Shown here: piece after piece, positions 37,225 through 46,371 of the stretch
How the letters are laid out: every line of letters starts with the position of its first letter
Numbering within the stretch: position 1 is the stretch's first letter
Assembly (NCBI GenBank): GCA_016708105.1
Contig: JADJGJ010000005.1
Coordinates: forward strand, 14,432 to 78,431
Length of the DNA: 64,000 nucleotides
Reading direction: 5' to 3'
Source of the DNA: Crocinitomicaceae bacterium
GTDB taxonomy: Bacteria > Bacteroidota > Bacteroidia > Flavobacteriales_D > Crocinitomicaceae
Notes under the pieces: generated by a model
What the model was told of the DNA's origin: nothing
What the model saw: the letters and a program-made list of their open reading frames with translations, nothing else
The model's database searches: none
Translations under genes and position numbers: made by a program

Positions 37225-37258
37225 ATAAAAAAGCCGTCCCAATTGGAACGGCTTTTTT
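37225..37258. terminator. Bidirectional rho-independent terminator
   Basis: Stem GCCGTCCC / GGAACGGC around an AATT loop, flanked by an A-run on one side and a T-run on the other. It lies about 20 nt beyond the TAA at 37277-37279 that would end the repaired histone-like ORF. Confidence 0.7.
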
Positions 37259-37409
37259 GTAAGTGCATTGTACTCCTTATTTTTTTGCAGCAGGTGCAGC
37301 AGGTGCAGCAGCTTTAGCAGCAGCTTTTTTAGGAGCAGCTTTCTTTTTAGGAGCAGCTTTTTTAGCAGCAGCTTTTTTAGGAGCAGCTTTTTTAGCAGCA
37401 GCTTTCTTT

Positions 37410-37583
37410 TTAGGAGCAGCTTTTTAGCAGCAGCTTTTTAGGAGCAGCTTTTTTAGGAGCAGCTTTTTTAGCAGCAGCTTTTTTAGGAGCAGCTTTTTTA
37501 GCAGCAGCTTTCTTTTTTGGAGCCGCTTTTTTTGCTGCAGCTTTCTTAGCTGGAGCTTTCTTTTTGGCTGTTGTTTTTGCCAT
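37410..37583 (-). CDS. Lys/Ala-rich histone-H1/AlgP-like basic protein; the ORF as it stands is truncated
   Basis: ATG 37583 gives MAKTTAKKKAPAKKAAAKKAAPKKKAAAKK.... The frame is lost at two A5 runs and ends ..KKLLLKSCS*. The same AKKAAP repeat continues in the DNA down to 37280. Confidence 0.7.
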   Translation of the reverse strand: MAKTTAKKKAPAKKAAAKKAAPKKKAAAKKAAPKKAAAKKAAPKKAAPKKLLLKSCS

Positions 37584-38107
37584 AGTTGAAAAAATTTTAA
37601 GGTGAGTATGGGTCAAATGTAAGGCGAATTTGTTTCCATGCTTATATATGAAAATCATTTCTCCAACAACGCATTGTTGAAAATGTGAATTACTGATACA
37701 CATTTTTTATACGCATCTGCAAAATTATTTTTTTCGCGCACCTTCTGAAACTATTTATTTTATTCATGTTTCAGCGCATAAAAATATTTTTATGCAAAAA
37801 ATATTTGGTATTTTTTTGGCTTGTGAAATATTATTTTTTCCTGTGGATAACTCATCAAAAATATTTTAAAAAAGTTTTCTGAAAGGCATTTTTATAACCC
37901 AAACAATTTCATTTTTATCATTTTCAGAATTCAATTTTAGATGAATTGACGAATTGAAATTTTCGTTGTCGCAAAAAAATCAAACTGGTTTTTCAGTCAC
38001 GCAAATAGAATGCAGGAATAGTTTTTAAACTCTCAGAATGCCTCACGTAAAATCAATTGATGTGATCTGCAGTGATGATAAACAGTGGGTTTAATGAAAT
38101 TCAGTAA

Positions 38108-39358
38108 TTAATTCAAAGACGCTACCACACTGATTTTAAAAACTGAAATTTGGTTTTGATGTTTAACATGTAGGGTATAAATTCCGGCTGGAATATTTGA
38201 AACATCTATTTGAGACATCTGATCAAAAGCAACGGAACTATAAATTAATTGCCCTGTCATATTCCTTAATTCCATTTCAATACCGTAATCAGAAATATCA
38301 TTTGAGTATGCAATTGAAATATTCAGATATTCAGATACCGGATTAGGCCAGCAGCTAATCAAATAATTTTCTTGCAGCCCCGGGCTTTCTATTCCGTTAT
38401 ACCCCCCAAATAAATACCAGGCAATATTGGTCCACGGACCCAGCACGGTGGCATAATTACTATAAATATATATGGTACCATCATCAGCGACGGCTGCACC
38501 CAGATCGGCAATTTTTGGATATGATGATTCTGTCAGGGTAGTTTCATCTTGCATAAAATAAATGGTATCAGCCGGACTTGTCCAAACCACTCCGTTGGTT
38601 GAAGTAGATGTTCTGAATCCTTCATCAAGGTATGTGAAGTACGCGTGCCATACTCCGCTTGAATCTTCAATTACAACCGGATCATGTGAATTGTCAAAGA
38701 GGGGAGTAAAATTTGAAAAGGTCAAACCCTCATCAAAAGAAACTGCGGTGTAAATTTTATCTGGCCCTGACGACATGGTGGTGTCTTTACCGGTTAATAG
38801 AGCTGAAACATTTCCGCCCTGATCAAAATAAAATTCTGAATGACCCACGTGGGTAAAATAACTTCCGGCAGTAAAAAACTCATTTGAGATGCGAACACCT
38901 TCTTTTGTAAAGTTGATACCATCATTAGAAATGGCAGAGCGAATATGATATTGCGGTTCAGCCGGTGGAATGTATTGTGGTGCGCACCGGTAAAACATTC
39001 TGTACTGTCCGCTGGTAAGTTTAATTACGCGTGCTCCACCAAGAACATATTCCGGGTCTGTAGTTGTTGATGACCCGGTCATGATCGTATCTTGGATAAC
39101 CCAGGTTTCCAAATCAGTTGATGTTGCATACGCTATGGCATCTTCATTGGTTGCGGCAAATTTGGTTGTATAATACATATAGTAGGTGCCGCCTATTTTT
39201 ATTATTTCAGACATGTAAGCTTCATCACACACTGCTGTTCCTGTTGTGGCATCTTCACCAATAGAAATTCCCTGATAAATATATTGTGGGTGTTGGGCAA
39301 AGTTGAGTACTGGTAAAAACAATACCGTAGTCAAAATGAGTTTATGTAAATAGTTCAT
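38108..39358 (-). CDS. Secreted BNR/Asp-box beta-propeller (glycosidase-like) protein with a type A T9SS C-terminal domain
   Basis: ATG 39358 gives MNYLHKLILTTVLFLPVLNFAQ. Asp-box-like motifs are STDLETW, SNDGINF and SFDEGLTF. The C-terminus is CWPNPVSEYLNISI...GIYTLHVK...FKISVV. Confidence 0.75.
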   Translation of the reverse strand: MNYLHKLILTTVLFLPVLNFAQHPQYIYQGISIGEDATTGTAVCDEAYMSEIIKIGGTYYMYYTTKFAATNEDAIAYATSTDLETWVIQDTIMTGSSTTTDPEYVLGGARVIKLTSGQYRMFYRCAPQYIPPAEPQYHIRSAISNDGINFTKEGVRISNEFFTAGSYFTHVGHSEFYFDQGGNVSALLTGKDTTMSSGPDKIYTAVSFDEGLTFSNFTPLFDNSHDPVVIEDSSGVWHAYFTYLDEGFRTSTSTNGVVWTSPADTIYFMQDETTLTESSYPKIADLGAAVADDGTIYIYSNYATVLGPWTNIAWYLFGGYNGIESPGLQENYLISCWPNPVSEYLNISIAYSNDISDYGIEMELRNMTGQLIYSSVAFDQMSQIDVSNIPAGIYTLHVKHQNQISVFKISVVASLN

Positions 39359-39445
39359 AGGGCAATCAGTTGATTGAAGAACCAATGTACTAAAGTTTGC
39401 GATAAGTAAAAATAATTACGTTGAAAAATGAGACATCAACTCACG

Positions 39446-40114
39446 TTATGCATGTTTCATTCCCTCACGCACGCTGAGTGGAGATAGTTTGTCACGGTTG
39501 GTTTCAATGAATGTATAGATTAATTCTTGATTAGTTTTAGCATATTCTCTCAATATCCAACCAATGGCTTTATTGACAAAAAATTCTTTCGTGTGATTCA
39601 ATTTTAAAATGGTGTTGAACAAAAATGGAAAATCTACCTGTTCTTTCTGCTTGAGTTGAAATAGAAGAGCCGACCTCATGAGCCAGATATTTTCTGAATG
39701 AATCCATTTTTTCACCAGATCATTTCTTTTTTCAGGAAACTCTTTCATGTAGCGTGCAATCAGTTTGGGTGCTATTACATCAACAGTATCCCACCATGAT
39801 TGATGAACAATAAACCACTGCATCCATTCAATATCGGAAGATGAAAAATTCTTTTTAAAATTTTGAAGTAAAAGTTCTTGCGCAAAATAGTGTAATTCTC
39901 GCTGGGGTTCATTCCAAAGTGATTTTGCTAAATTCAGTGTTTCTTTTGATGAAAGAGTTTTTAATTCATGCAAAAGGTGTTTGCTTATGGCTCTTCGTTC
40001 AGGAGTTTTAATGCCAAAAAATTCAAATTTATTCTTCATATAAGCCGCCATGGGTTTGGCCATTTCTTTATTGCCGGCTTGTTTATAATGTGCAATGATT
40101 TGTGACTTAAGCAT
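39446..40114 (-). CDS. DNA alkylation repair protein (AlkD-like HEAT-repeat family)
   Basis: ...MAKPMAAYMKNKFEFFGIKTPERR...WWDTVD...NKAIGWILREY is the pattern I associate with PF08713. Confidence 0.75.
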   Translation of the reverse strand: MLKSQIIAHYKQAGNKEMAKPMAAYMKNKFEFFGIKTPERRAISKHLLHELKTLSSKETLNLAKSLWNEPQRELHYFAQELLLQNFKKNFSSSDIEWMQWFIVHQSWWDTVDVIAPKLIARYMKEFPEKRNDLVKKWIHSENIWLMRSALLFQLKQKEQVDFPFLFNTILKLNHTKEFFVNKAIGWILREYAKTNQELIYTFIETNRDKLSPLSVREGMKHA

Positions 40115-40166
40115 GGAATAGTATAGTTTTCAGCAAGCAGAATGGCTAATTCATTGTTCACCGCAA

Positions 40167-41456
40167 TTATTTGTCCTCTTTTTTTTGCGCTTCTTCATTC
40201 TCATCTTCCACCTCATTCACCCTAAATGCACTGGGCACCAGATCAGGAATAATTTTCAATACAATTGGCAAGAGCAAACTACCGCCGGGCAAAAGAAATA
40301 ATCCAAGCGAAGGAATTGTACGCGCCAAGTCTTTGAATTGTTTTTTTACTTTTTCGCGTTCGTCTTTTGACAGATCTGATTTGGTAGATTTTGCAATTAA
40401 ACCAACCAGTTCTTTGCTTTGCGATAATTCTGCCGCCAGTTTATCTTTGCTTCGGCCAAGTATTTTTGCCCATCTATCGGTTGCGCCGCTCATGAGCATT
40501 CTGATATCTCCTTTATCTTGCAGAAACGGAATTTTATTCTGATTTTTATTGACGAACGATTGAATGGCAACAAATGATTTGTCTTTTTCTTCTTCTTCTA
40601 TTCCCAGTTTTTCAACCAGTTTATTGAGGAATTCATGCTCTGAGTCTACCACCTCATGATCACTCCATACGGTGAGTATGGCAATTTCAAGAATGTAGCG
40701 ACAAAGCAGCCACGACTTTTCATATTTAAACGAAATGTCATTCAGCGTTTTTCTGTTTTTGAAAAACTCCTCGGCAACTTGATGTCTTTCATCATCCAGA
40801 TCAGCAGAAGCGATAAAGACTTCAAAAATTTTCTCTTCTTCTTCTTCAGGTTCACCGTCAACATTTGCAGCTGATGCTACAACTTTTACCATGTCCAATA
40901 AAACTTCTGCGCGTTTTTCGCATAGCAAGGCCACGTCAGCCCCTTGCATATATTCATAGTACAAAAGCAAATCATGAAAAAGTAAACTATTGTAGAGGTA
41001 GCTTGTCCATAATTTATTTGAAAAACTTGCCTTGATATCAACGCGCTGATCAATGATAGATTCAAGCTTCTCGTAAATGGTCAGTCCTTTAAAATTTAAC
41101 CAGCTGCGTTTGGCTTTTTCAAGTTCAGTGCTTTCATAGAACTTTACAAATTTCTCCAATGATTTTTCTAGCGATGCGTGATCAAATTTTCCGGTGTGAA
41201 TGTGATCAACCAGAATTAATCCTTCAAGCAGCAGCACCTTAAAAGTTTCTTCACTAGTCCATTTTGAAAGATATTCATCTTCTAAAAAAACAAGTGAAGT
41301 AGGGTAGCCATACATAATTCCGGTGGGCTGAAGGTAACCGTAAATCAACTCTTCAGGACAAAGAATAGTTCCCGGATATTTATCCAGATACTGCTCATAA
41401 TTCTCCATGAGAGAGAAATATTTTCTAATCCAACCTTTGCTGCCCGGGTGTAACAT
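40167..41456 (-). CDS. LETM1-related membrane-associated protein
   Basis: The C-terminal LARTIPSLGLFLLPGGSLLLPIVLKIIPDLVPSAF resembles the LETM1 motif. The start codon is uncertain; ATG 41408 is an alternative. Confidence 0.55.
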   Translation of the reverse strand: MLHPGSKGWIRKYFSLMENYEQYLDKYPGTILCPEELIYGYLQPTGIMYGYPTSLVFLEDEYLSKWTSEETFKVLLLEGLILVDHIHTGKFDHASLEKSLEKFVKFYESTELEKAKRSWLNFKGLTIYEKLESIIDQRVDIKASFSNKLWTSYLYNSLLFHDLLLYYEYMQGADVALLCEKRAEVLLDMVKVVASAANVDGEPEEEEEKIFEVFIASADLDDERHQVAEEFFKNRKTLNDISFKYEKSWLLCRYILEIAILTVWSDHEVVDSEHEFLNKLVEKLGIEEEEKDKSFVAIQSFVNKNQNKIPFLQDKGDIRMLMSGATDRWAKILGRSKDKLAAELSQSKELVGLIAKSTKSDLSKDEREKVKKQFKDLARTIPSLGLFLLPGGSLLLPIVLKIIPDLVPSAFRVNEVEDENEEAQKKEDK

Positions 41457-41576
41457 ATTACAAAGGTAGAAATTTTACTAATCTCAGTGTTTTGAATAGG
41501 TTAAGATTTGCTTTTAATGGAAAGCCTTCATAGGGGTGCTTACAACTAAATTACAATGCTTTCCTATCTTTGTATC

Positions 41577-42443
41577 ATGCGCTGCTCAAGCTTGATTTTT
41601 TATCTACTCGTCATATTTTGTCAGAATTTGTCTGCGCAGTTAACGTGTACAAAAATCAGCAGTTTGCCTGAAAAAATGTATGAAACATCTGGCTTGATAT
41701 TAATTGATGATAAATACTTGGTAACCCATAATGACGGGGGTAATGCTGCTGAATTATTTATCATTAGTCTCAAAGATGGATCATTCAAAACGGTTGAAGT
41801 TGAAGATGCAAAAAACAATGATTGGGAAGATATAACCCAAGACTCAGAAGGTAATCTATTCATTGGTGATTTTGGAAATAATTTAAACAAACGAGAACAC
41901 TGTTCTATTTATAAAGTAAGTTCAGGTTACCATGAAAAGGAACAGGTTGAGTCAAAGAAAATAAGTTTCACGTATGAAGATCAAGTAAAATTTCCGCCTG
42001 AAGCCAATGAATTGAATTTTGATTGTGAAGCTATGATTTGGAAAGATGATAGCTTGTATTTGTTTTCAAAATGTCGCACTGAACCATTCACGGGTTTAAC
42101 TAATATATATGTTTTGCCTGATAAGCCGGGTAAGTATACTGCCCGTAAAATTGGCACAATTCAATTGTGTTCGTCTGACTGGAGATTTTGTTCTGTCACA
42201 GCCGCAGATTATTCATCCAAGCATGATGTATTGATTTTATTAACCTATTCACGCCTTTATATTGTGTCAGATTTTGAAGCAAGCAAATTTTGGGAGGGAA
42301 AGGTAAAATCATACCAGTTGAGTTTTATCAAACAACGTGAAGCAATTTGTTTCAAAGACAAAAACACTTGGTATATGACAGATGAGTACCGCAAAGGGTT
42401 AGGTGGCGGAAATTTGTATGAAGTGACATTGAAAAAAGATTAA
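41577..42443 (+). CDS. Hypothetical secreted beta-propeller-like protein
   Basis: ATG 41577 gives MRCSSLIFYLLVIFCQNLSAQ. Repeated motifs include YETSGL and EDITQDSEGNLFIGDFGNN. Confidence 0.55.
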   Translation: MRCSSLIFYLLVIFCQNLSAQLTCTKISSLPEKMYETSGLILIDDKYLVTHNDGGNAAELFIISLKDGSFKTVEVEDAKNNDWEDITQDSEGNLFIGDFGNNLNKREHCSIYKVSSGYHEKEQVESKKISFTYEDQVKFPPEANELNFDCEAMIWKDDSLYLFSKCRTEPFTGLTNIYVLPDKPGKYTARKIGTIQLCSSDWRFCSVTAADYSSKHDVLILLTYSRLYIVSDFEASKFWEGKVKSYQLSFIKQREAICFKDKNTWYMTDEYRKGLGGGNLYEVTLKKD

Positions 42444-42467
42444 GCGTTCATCAGCTAAAAATATAAA

Positions 42468-43124
42468 ATGAAAGCAGTAATATTTGATATGGATGGGGTA
42501 CTGATAGATTCAGAACCACTATGGAAAATTGCAGAAATAGAGGGTTTTGGAAAAGTAGGCATCAACCTTACCAATACTGATTGTGAAGAAACCGTTGGTT
42601 TACGTATTGATGAAGTAGTGAAATTGTGGTATAAAAAAGTAGGTTGGAAAAATAAAACCGTGGAGGCCGTAACAGATGATATAGTTGATATTCTTATTCG
42701 TGAAATCAACACGCGCGGACAAGCCCTACCGGGTGTGATGCAAGCATTACAATCTCTCAAAGAAAGCGGTTATAAAATTGGGCTTGCAACCTCATCATAT
42801 CAGCGCATTATTCATGCAGTGCTTAATAAGCTGAACATTGAAAAATATTTTGATCAAGTACATTCTGCCGAATTTGAAACCTACGGTAAACCACACCCTG
42901 CTGTTTTTCTAACGACCGCTGAAAAATTACATGTTCACCCTACTGAATGTCTCGTCATTGAAGATTCTTTCAACGGAGTGATTGCGGCAAAAGCTGCCCG
43001 CATGAAAGTGATAGCCGTACCGGAAAAAACTCATCGCTTTGATGAGCGACTTAGAATTGCTGATTGCATTTTAAGTTCATTGGAGGAGTTTAAGTTGGAA
43101 AAGGTGTATGAATTTTGGAATTGA
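42468..43124 (+). CDS. HAD-superfamily sugar phosphatase (HxpB/YniC-like)
   Basis: MKAVIFDMDGVLIDSEPLW (DxDG motif I), a cap domain, and ..IEDSFNGVIAAKAARMKVIAV. Confidence 0.8.
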   Translation: MKAVIFDMDGVLIDSEPLWKIAEIEGFGKVGINLTNTDCEETVGLRIDEVVKLWYKKVGWKNKTVEAVTDDIVDILIREINTRGQALPGVMQALQSLKESGYKIGLATSSYQRIIHAVLNKLNIEKYFDQVHSAEFETYGKPHPAVFLTTAEKLHVHPTECLVIEDSFNGVIAAKAARMKVIAVPEKTHRFDERLRIADCILSSLEEFKLEKVYEFWN

Positions 43125-43202
43125 TTTTTATGGTCTGTAGAAATATTTACTATTTAACACCCGTGCAAAGAATACAGATCAGGCAAGCACCGAACCAATA
43201 AT

Positions 43203-43234
43203 CAAAAAAAAATCCCTCACAAAGGAAAGGGATT
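43203..43234 (-). terminator. Rho-independent terminator downstream of tRNA-Ala
   Basis: On the minus strand, AATCCCT and AGGGATT pair around a 10-nt loop, followed by a T8 run. Confidence 0.7.
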
Positions 43235-43235
43235 T

Positions 43236-43312
43236 TGGTGGAGCATATCGGAGTCGAACCGATGGCCTCAACACTGCCAGCGTTGCGCTCTAGCCAACTG
43301 AGCTAATGCCCC
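43236..43312 (-). tRNA. tRNA-Ala (anticodon GGC), CCA encoded
   Basis: I folded a cloverleaf by hand: acceptor GGGGCAT/ATGCTCC with the G3:U70 alanine identity pair, D-arm GCTC..GAGC, anticodon stem CAACG/TGTTG with loop CTGGCAG, T-arm ATCGG TTCGACT CCGAT, then discriminator A and CCA. Total 77 nt. Confidence 0.9.
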
Positions 43313-43322
43313 GCAACCGGTG

Positions 43323-43330
43323 CAAATATA
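43323..43330 (-). promoter_or_regulatory. -7 type promoter box TATATTTG for tRNA-Ala
   Basis: On the minus strand the box ends 10 nt upstream of the mature tRNA 5' end. Confidence 0.5.
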
Positions 43331-43368
43331 ATGCTTCTATTTCAAATGGGAACAGGGAATTGTTTTCT

Positions 43369-43899
43369 TCACTTTTTGCGCAGCTTGCGATACACTTGTA
43401 TTGCAATCATCAACGCAATGGCAACCCCAATAAAACCAAGCGTACCATAAACCCAGTTGAGGCTGCTTTTCATCACAATTAAAAATACAATGGCCACCAG
43501 AAAAAGGGTTGCAACCTCGTTCCATATTCTAAAAAAACCTGAACTGTAGTTGTGCTCACCTCCTTGCAATTTATTGAACATAACATGACAAATGATTTGA
43601 TAGACCAGCAGACCAAAAACAAAACTGAGTTTAATGTGCATGAAAGGCATTTTCAAAAAAACGGGATTAAGATAAAGTAACCAAGGCCCAAAAATCAACG
43701 TGAGAATGCATGACGGCCATGTGATACCATACCATAACCTGCGCGCCATTAATTTATATTGTGGTTCAAGCACTGCGCGTTCTTGTTCTGTTTTATGCTT
43801 TGCCTCGGTTTGATAAACAAATAGCCTAACAATATTAAACAAACCCGCAAACCAGGTTACAATAAAAATAATATGCAGTGAAAGAATGGTTTGGTACAT
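43369..43899 (-). CDS. hemJ: Protoporphyrinogen IX oxidase HemJ (CopD-like/UPF0093 family)
   Basis: N-terminus LHIIFIVTWFAGLFNIVRLFVYQTEA is the HemJ hallmark. The protein has 4-5 TM helices. Confidence 0.75.
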   Translation of the reverse strand: MYQTILSLHIIFIVTWFAGLFNIVRLFVYQTEAKHKTEQERAVLEPQYKLMARRLWYGITWPSCILTLIFGPWLLYLNPVFLKMPFMHIKLSFVFGLLVYQIICHVMFNKLQGGEHNYSSGFFRIWNEVATLFLVAIVFLIVMKSSLNWVYGTLGFIGVAIALMIAIQVYRKLRKK

Positions 43900-44486
43900 T
43901 ATTTATAAAAGTTCATTTCATCAATATATTTTAACACGGGTTCACTGAGCAGGTAACGCACGTCTTTACGATCTTTGATAGCTGACCGAATAAAGGTAGA
44001 TGATAAATTCATAACCGGCGCTTGTATCATTTTTATACGTGCGTGTTCTGTCATGTTTTTTGAGTCATTTTCATTTTCCTGAACAACGCGTGGGTAAACG
44101 TACAAATCATAATTTTCAAGTATGTATTCATAGTTGCGCCACTTGTGAATGGTGCGCAAATTATCTTCTCCCATAATCAAACTGAAAATAATTTTTGGAT
44201 ATTTTTCTTTCAATGCCTGCAAAGTAAGAACAGTGTAAGATGGTTTTGGCAAATCAAATTCTATTTTGGAGACTTTTAGTTTTTGATTGTCTTCAACTGC
44301 CAGTTCTACCATGGCAAGCCGGTGATGGTCAGTGAGCAGGTTATTTTTATCTTTCAAGGGATTATGCGGCGATACAACAAACCACACTTCATTCAAATCA
44401 CTATAATTTGCCATGTGATTTGCAATGATCAAATGACCAATATGAATAGGGTTAAAGGTGCCAAAATATAAACCTACTTTTTTCAT
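43899..44486 (-). CDS. nadD: Nicotinate-nucleotide adenylyltransferase
   Basis: GLYFGTFNPIHIGHLIIAN (the (H/T)xGH motif) and a C-terminal SSTFIRSAI. Confidence 0.9.
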   Translation of the reverse strand: MKKVGLYFGTFNPIHIGHLIIANHMANYSDLNEVWFVVSPHNPLKDKNNLLTDHHRLAMVELAVEDNQKLKVSKIEFDLPKPSYTVLTLQALKEKYPKIIFSLIMGEDNLRTIHKWRNYEYILENYDLYVYPRVVQENENDSKNMTEHARIKMIQAPVMNLSSTFIRSAIKDRKDVRYLLSEPVLKYIDEMNFYK

Positions 44487-45061
44487 TTTTGAATAAAGTC
44501 TAAGGCAATTTGTTTTGCTTCAAGACATGCGTTTTCAAGGTTATCATTGAGTAAAATGCGGTCAAAAAAATCAGCACGGCTTAGTTCGCGATTAGCCTTT
44601 TCAATACGCATCTTGATGTTTTCTTCTGATTCGGTTCTTCTGTTTCTTAACCGTTGTTCAAGTACAAAAAGTGAAGGTGGTTTGATGAAAACAGATAAAG
44701 ATTTATCTCCAAAGATTTTTTTCAGATTTATTCCGCCCTCAGCATCAACATCAAATACAACAATCTTTCCTGCAGCCCAACTTTTTTCAATTTCTGATTT
44801 TAAGGTGCCGTAGAAATTGTCTTTATACACCTCTTGCCATTCAACAAATTCATCATTGGCAATTTTTTTCTTGAATTCTTCTACGCTGAAATAGTGATAA
44901 TCAACACCGGGAATTTCCCTACCTCTTGGTTCACGGCTACAAGCTGATACTGAAAATGAAAGCTGTGGAATTTCACGTAGCAGAAAATGCACAATGGTAG
45001 TTTTTCCCGCTCCGCTGGGGGCTGAGAAGATGATACATTTTCCTTCTGTTGAACTGTTCAT
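44483..45061 (-). CDS. gmk: Guanylate kinase
   Basis: ATG 45061 gives MNSSTEGKCIIFSAPSGAGKTTI, followed by TRxPRxxE-like SREPRGRE. It overlaps nadD by 4 nt. Confidence 0.9.
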   Translation of the reverse strand: MNSSTEGKCIIFSAPSGAGKTTIVHFLLREIPQLSFSVSACSREPRGREIPGVDYHYFSVEEFKKKIANDEFVEWQEVYKDNFYGTLKSEIEKSWAAGKIVVFDVDAEGGINLKKIFGDKSLSVFIKPPSLFVLEQRLRNRRTESEENIKMRIEKANRELSRADFFDRILLNDNLENACLEAKQIALDFIQK

Positions 45062-45212
45062 TTTTGCTGCCTGTTTGCTGATATTAGACAAAGATAGGTA
45101 TTTCACACGCAATTCAGGTTAGGGTGAGAATTTGAGTAACTAATTTCTAACTGCTTACACTATAGAAATTCAGGTCATTCTTTTTTAATAAATTAGCAAA
45201 AAAAATACGCTC

Positions 45213-45743
45213 ATGACAGATCAGGATTTCATTCGCATGTTCAAACGGTCAGGCACAAAAATGCTAATCATCGGTGCTTCTATTTTTCTGTTTGGAATTT
45301 TTTTAATCTGGTTGGTTGCATCAGGTGCTGATAGTGAAATGGAACCCGGCTCAGGCACTGCTATTGCTATGTGGATTTTTGGCAGTATTGTCGCCTTATT
45401 AGGTGTTTTGATGATTGCTTTACCGCTGGCTTCCGGTGCACGGATTAGAAACGGAAAACATAAACTTATCAATGCAATTTTACAGCAAGATACCGGATAT
45501 GCGCTGTGGATATATGAACATGTAATCCGCGTGAAATCAGGTCCGGCGTCAAATACAAATCATCAGATTTGGATTATGGCTCGTGATAAAAAACAATATC
45601 AACTGGGTTGTAAAAAAGCCAAAGTGGCTGATGTGATTTCGTATCTTTCCGGCAAATTCCCTGAGGCAATTCTAGGACATTCACCTGAGTTGGAAAGCCA
45701 GTATCATCAGAAGTTAAGAGACATTGAAGCCGACAAAAAATAG
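45213..45743 (+). CDS. Hypothetical membrane protein
   Basis: Two TM helices in the N-terminal half. No family recognised. Confidence 0.55.
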   Translation: MTDQDFIRMFKRSGTKMLIIGASIFLFGIFLIWLVASGADSEMEPGSGTAIAMWIFGSIVALLGVLMIALPLASGARIRNGKHKLINAILQQDTGYALWIYEHVIRVKSGPASNTNHQIWIMARDKKQYQLGCKKAKVADVISYLSGKFPEAILGHSPELESQYHQKLRDIEADKK

Positions 45744-45825
45744 TTGCTCCGTAACAAATAATAAGTATCCCCAATTTATTCCTCAAACCTGGTTAATCAC
45801 GCTGGTAATTGCTTACCTTTAGTTC

Positions 45826-46371
45826 GTGGTGAAACGATTATTTGATATGATGGGTGCCTTGGTATTACTTCTATGCGTATTACCTGTCATTGCCTTTGCA
45901 GCTATGACCATTCTGATTTTTGATCAACAAAATCCTCTATTTACACAAACGCGCTTAGGCAAGTTTAAAAAGACTTTTCGCATTTTAAAATTGCGCACCA
46001 TGAAAAATAATCAAGTCACTCATTTGGGAGGTGTTTTACGCAGAACAGGCATAGATGAATTACCCCAACTATTCCATGTCATTGCCGGCAAGATGAGTTT
46101 TGTTGGCCCTCGACCATTAACGCAGGCTGATGTTGAACGACTAAACTGGAATGACACCTATCATCAAACCCGATGGTCAGTGGCTCCCGGTCTTACCGGT
46201 CTTGCACAGCTTTCTCCTGTTTGCAATAAAAAAATGAGCTGGTTTCTTGATATGAAATATTGCCTCTGCAGATCATTTAGTTTGGATTTAAAAATTATCA
46301 TGGCATCAGCGATTATACCGTTTATTGGAAAACAAAAAACCATTCGCTGGTTTCATACAAAACGCGCATGA
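45826..46371 (+). CDS. Small monotopic phosphoglycosyl (sugar) transferase, PglC/Bac_transf-like
   Basis: GTG start. [20 protein letters not shown]...KLRTM...[21 protein letters not shown] is the bacterial sugar-transferase signature. Confidence 0.8.
   Translation: MVKRLFDMMGALVLLLCVLPVIAFAAMTILIFDQQNPLFTQTRLGKFKKTFRILKLRTMKNNQVTHLGGVLRRTGIDELPQLFHVIAGKMSFVGPRPLTQADVERLNWNDTYHQTRWSVAPGLTGLAQLSPVCNKKMSWFLDMKYCLCRSFSLDLKIIMASAIIPFIGKQKTIRWFHTKRA

Noticed and set aside
37425-37455. Programmed -1 ribosomal frameshifting on U-AAA-AAG in the histone-like gene.
   Set aside because: It would need two consecutive efficient slips 18 nt apart, and there is no obvious stimulatory structure. It is kept only as a minor alternative within the corresponding finding.
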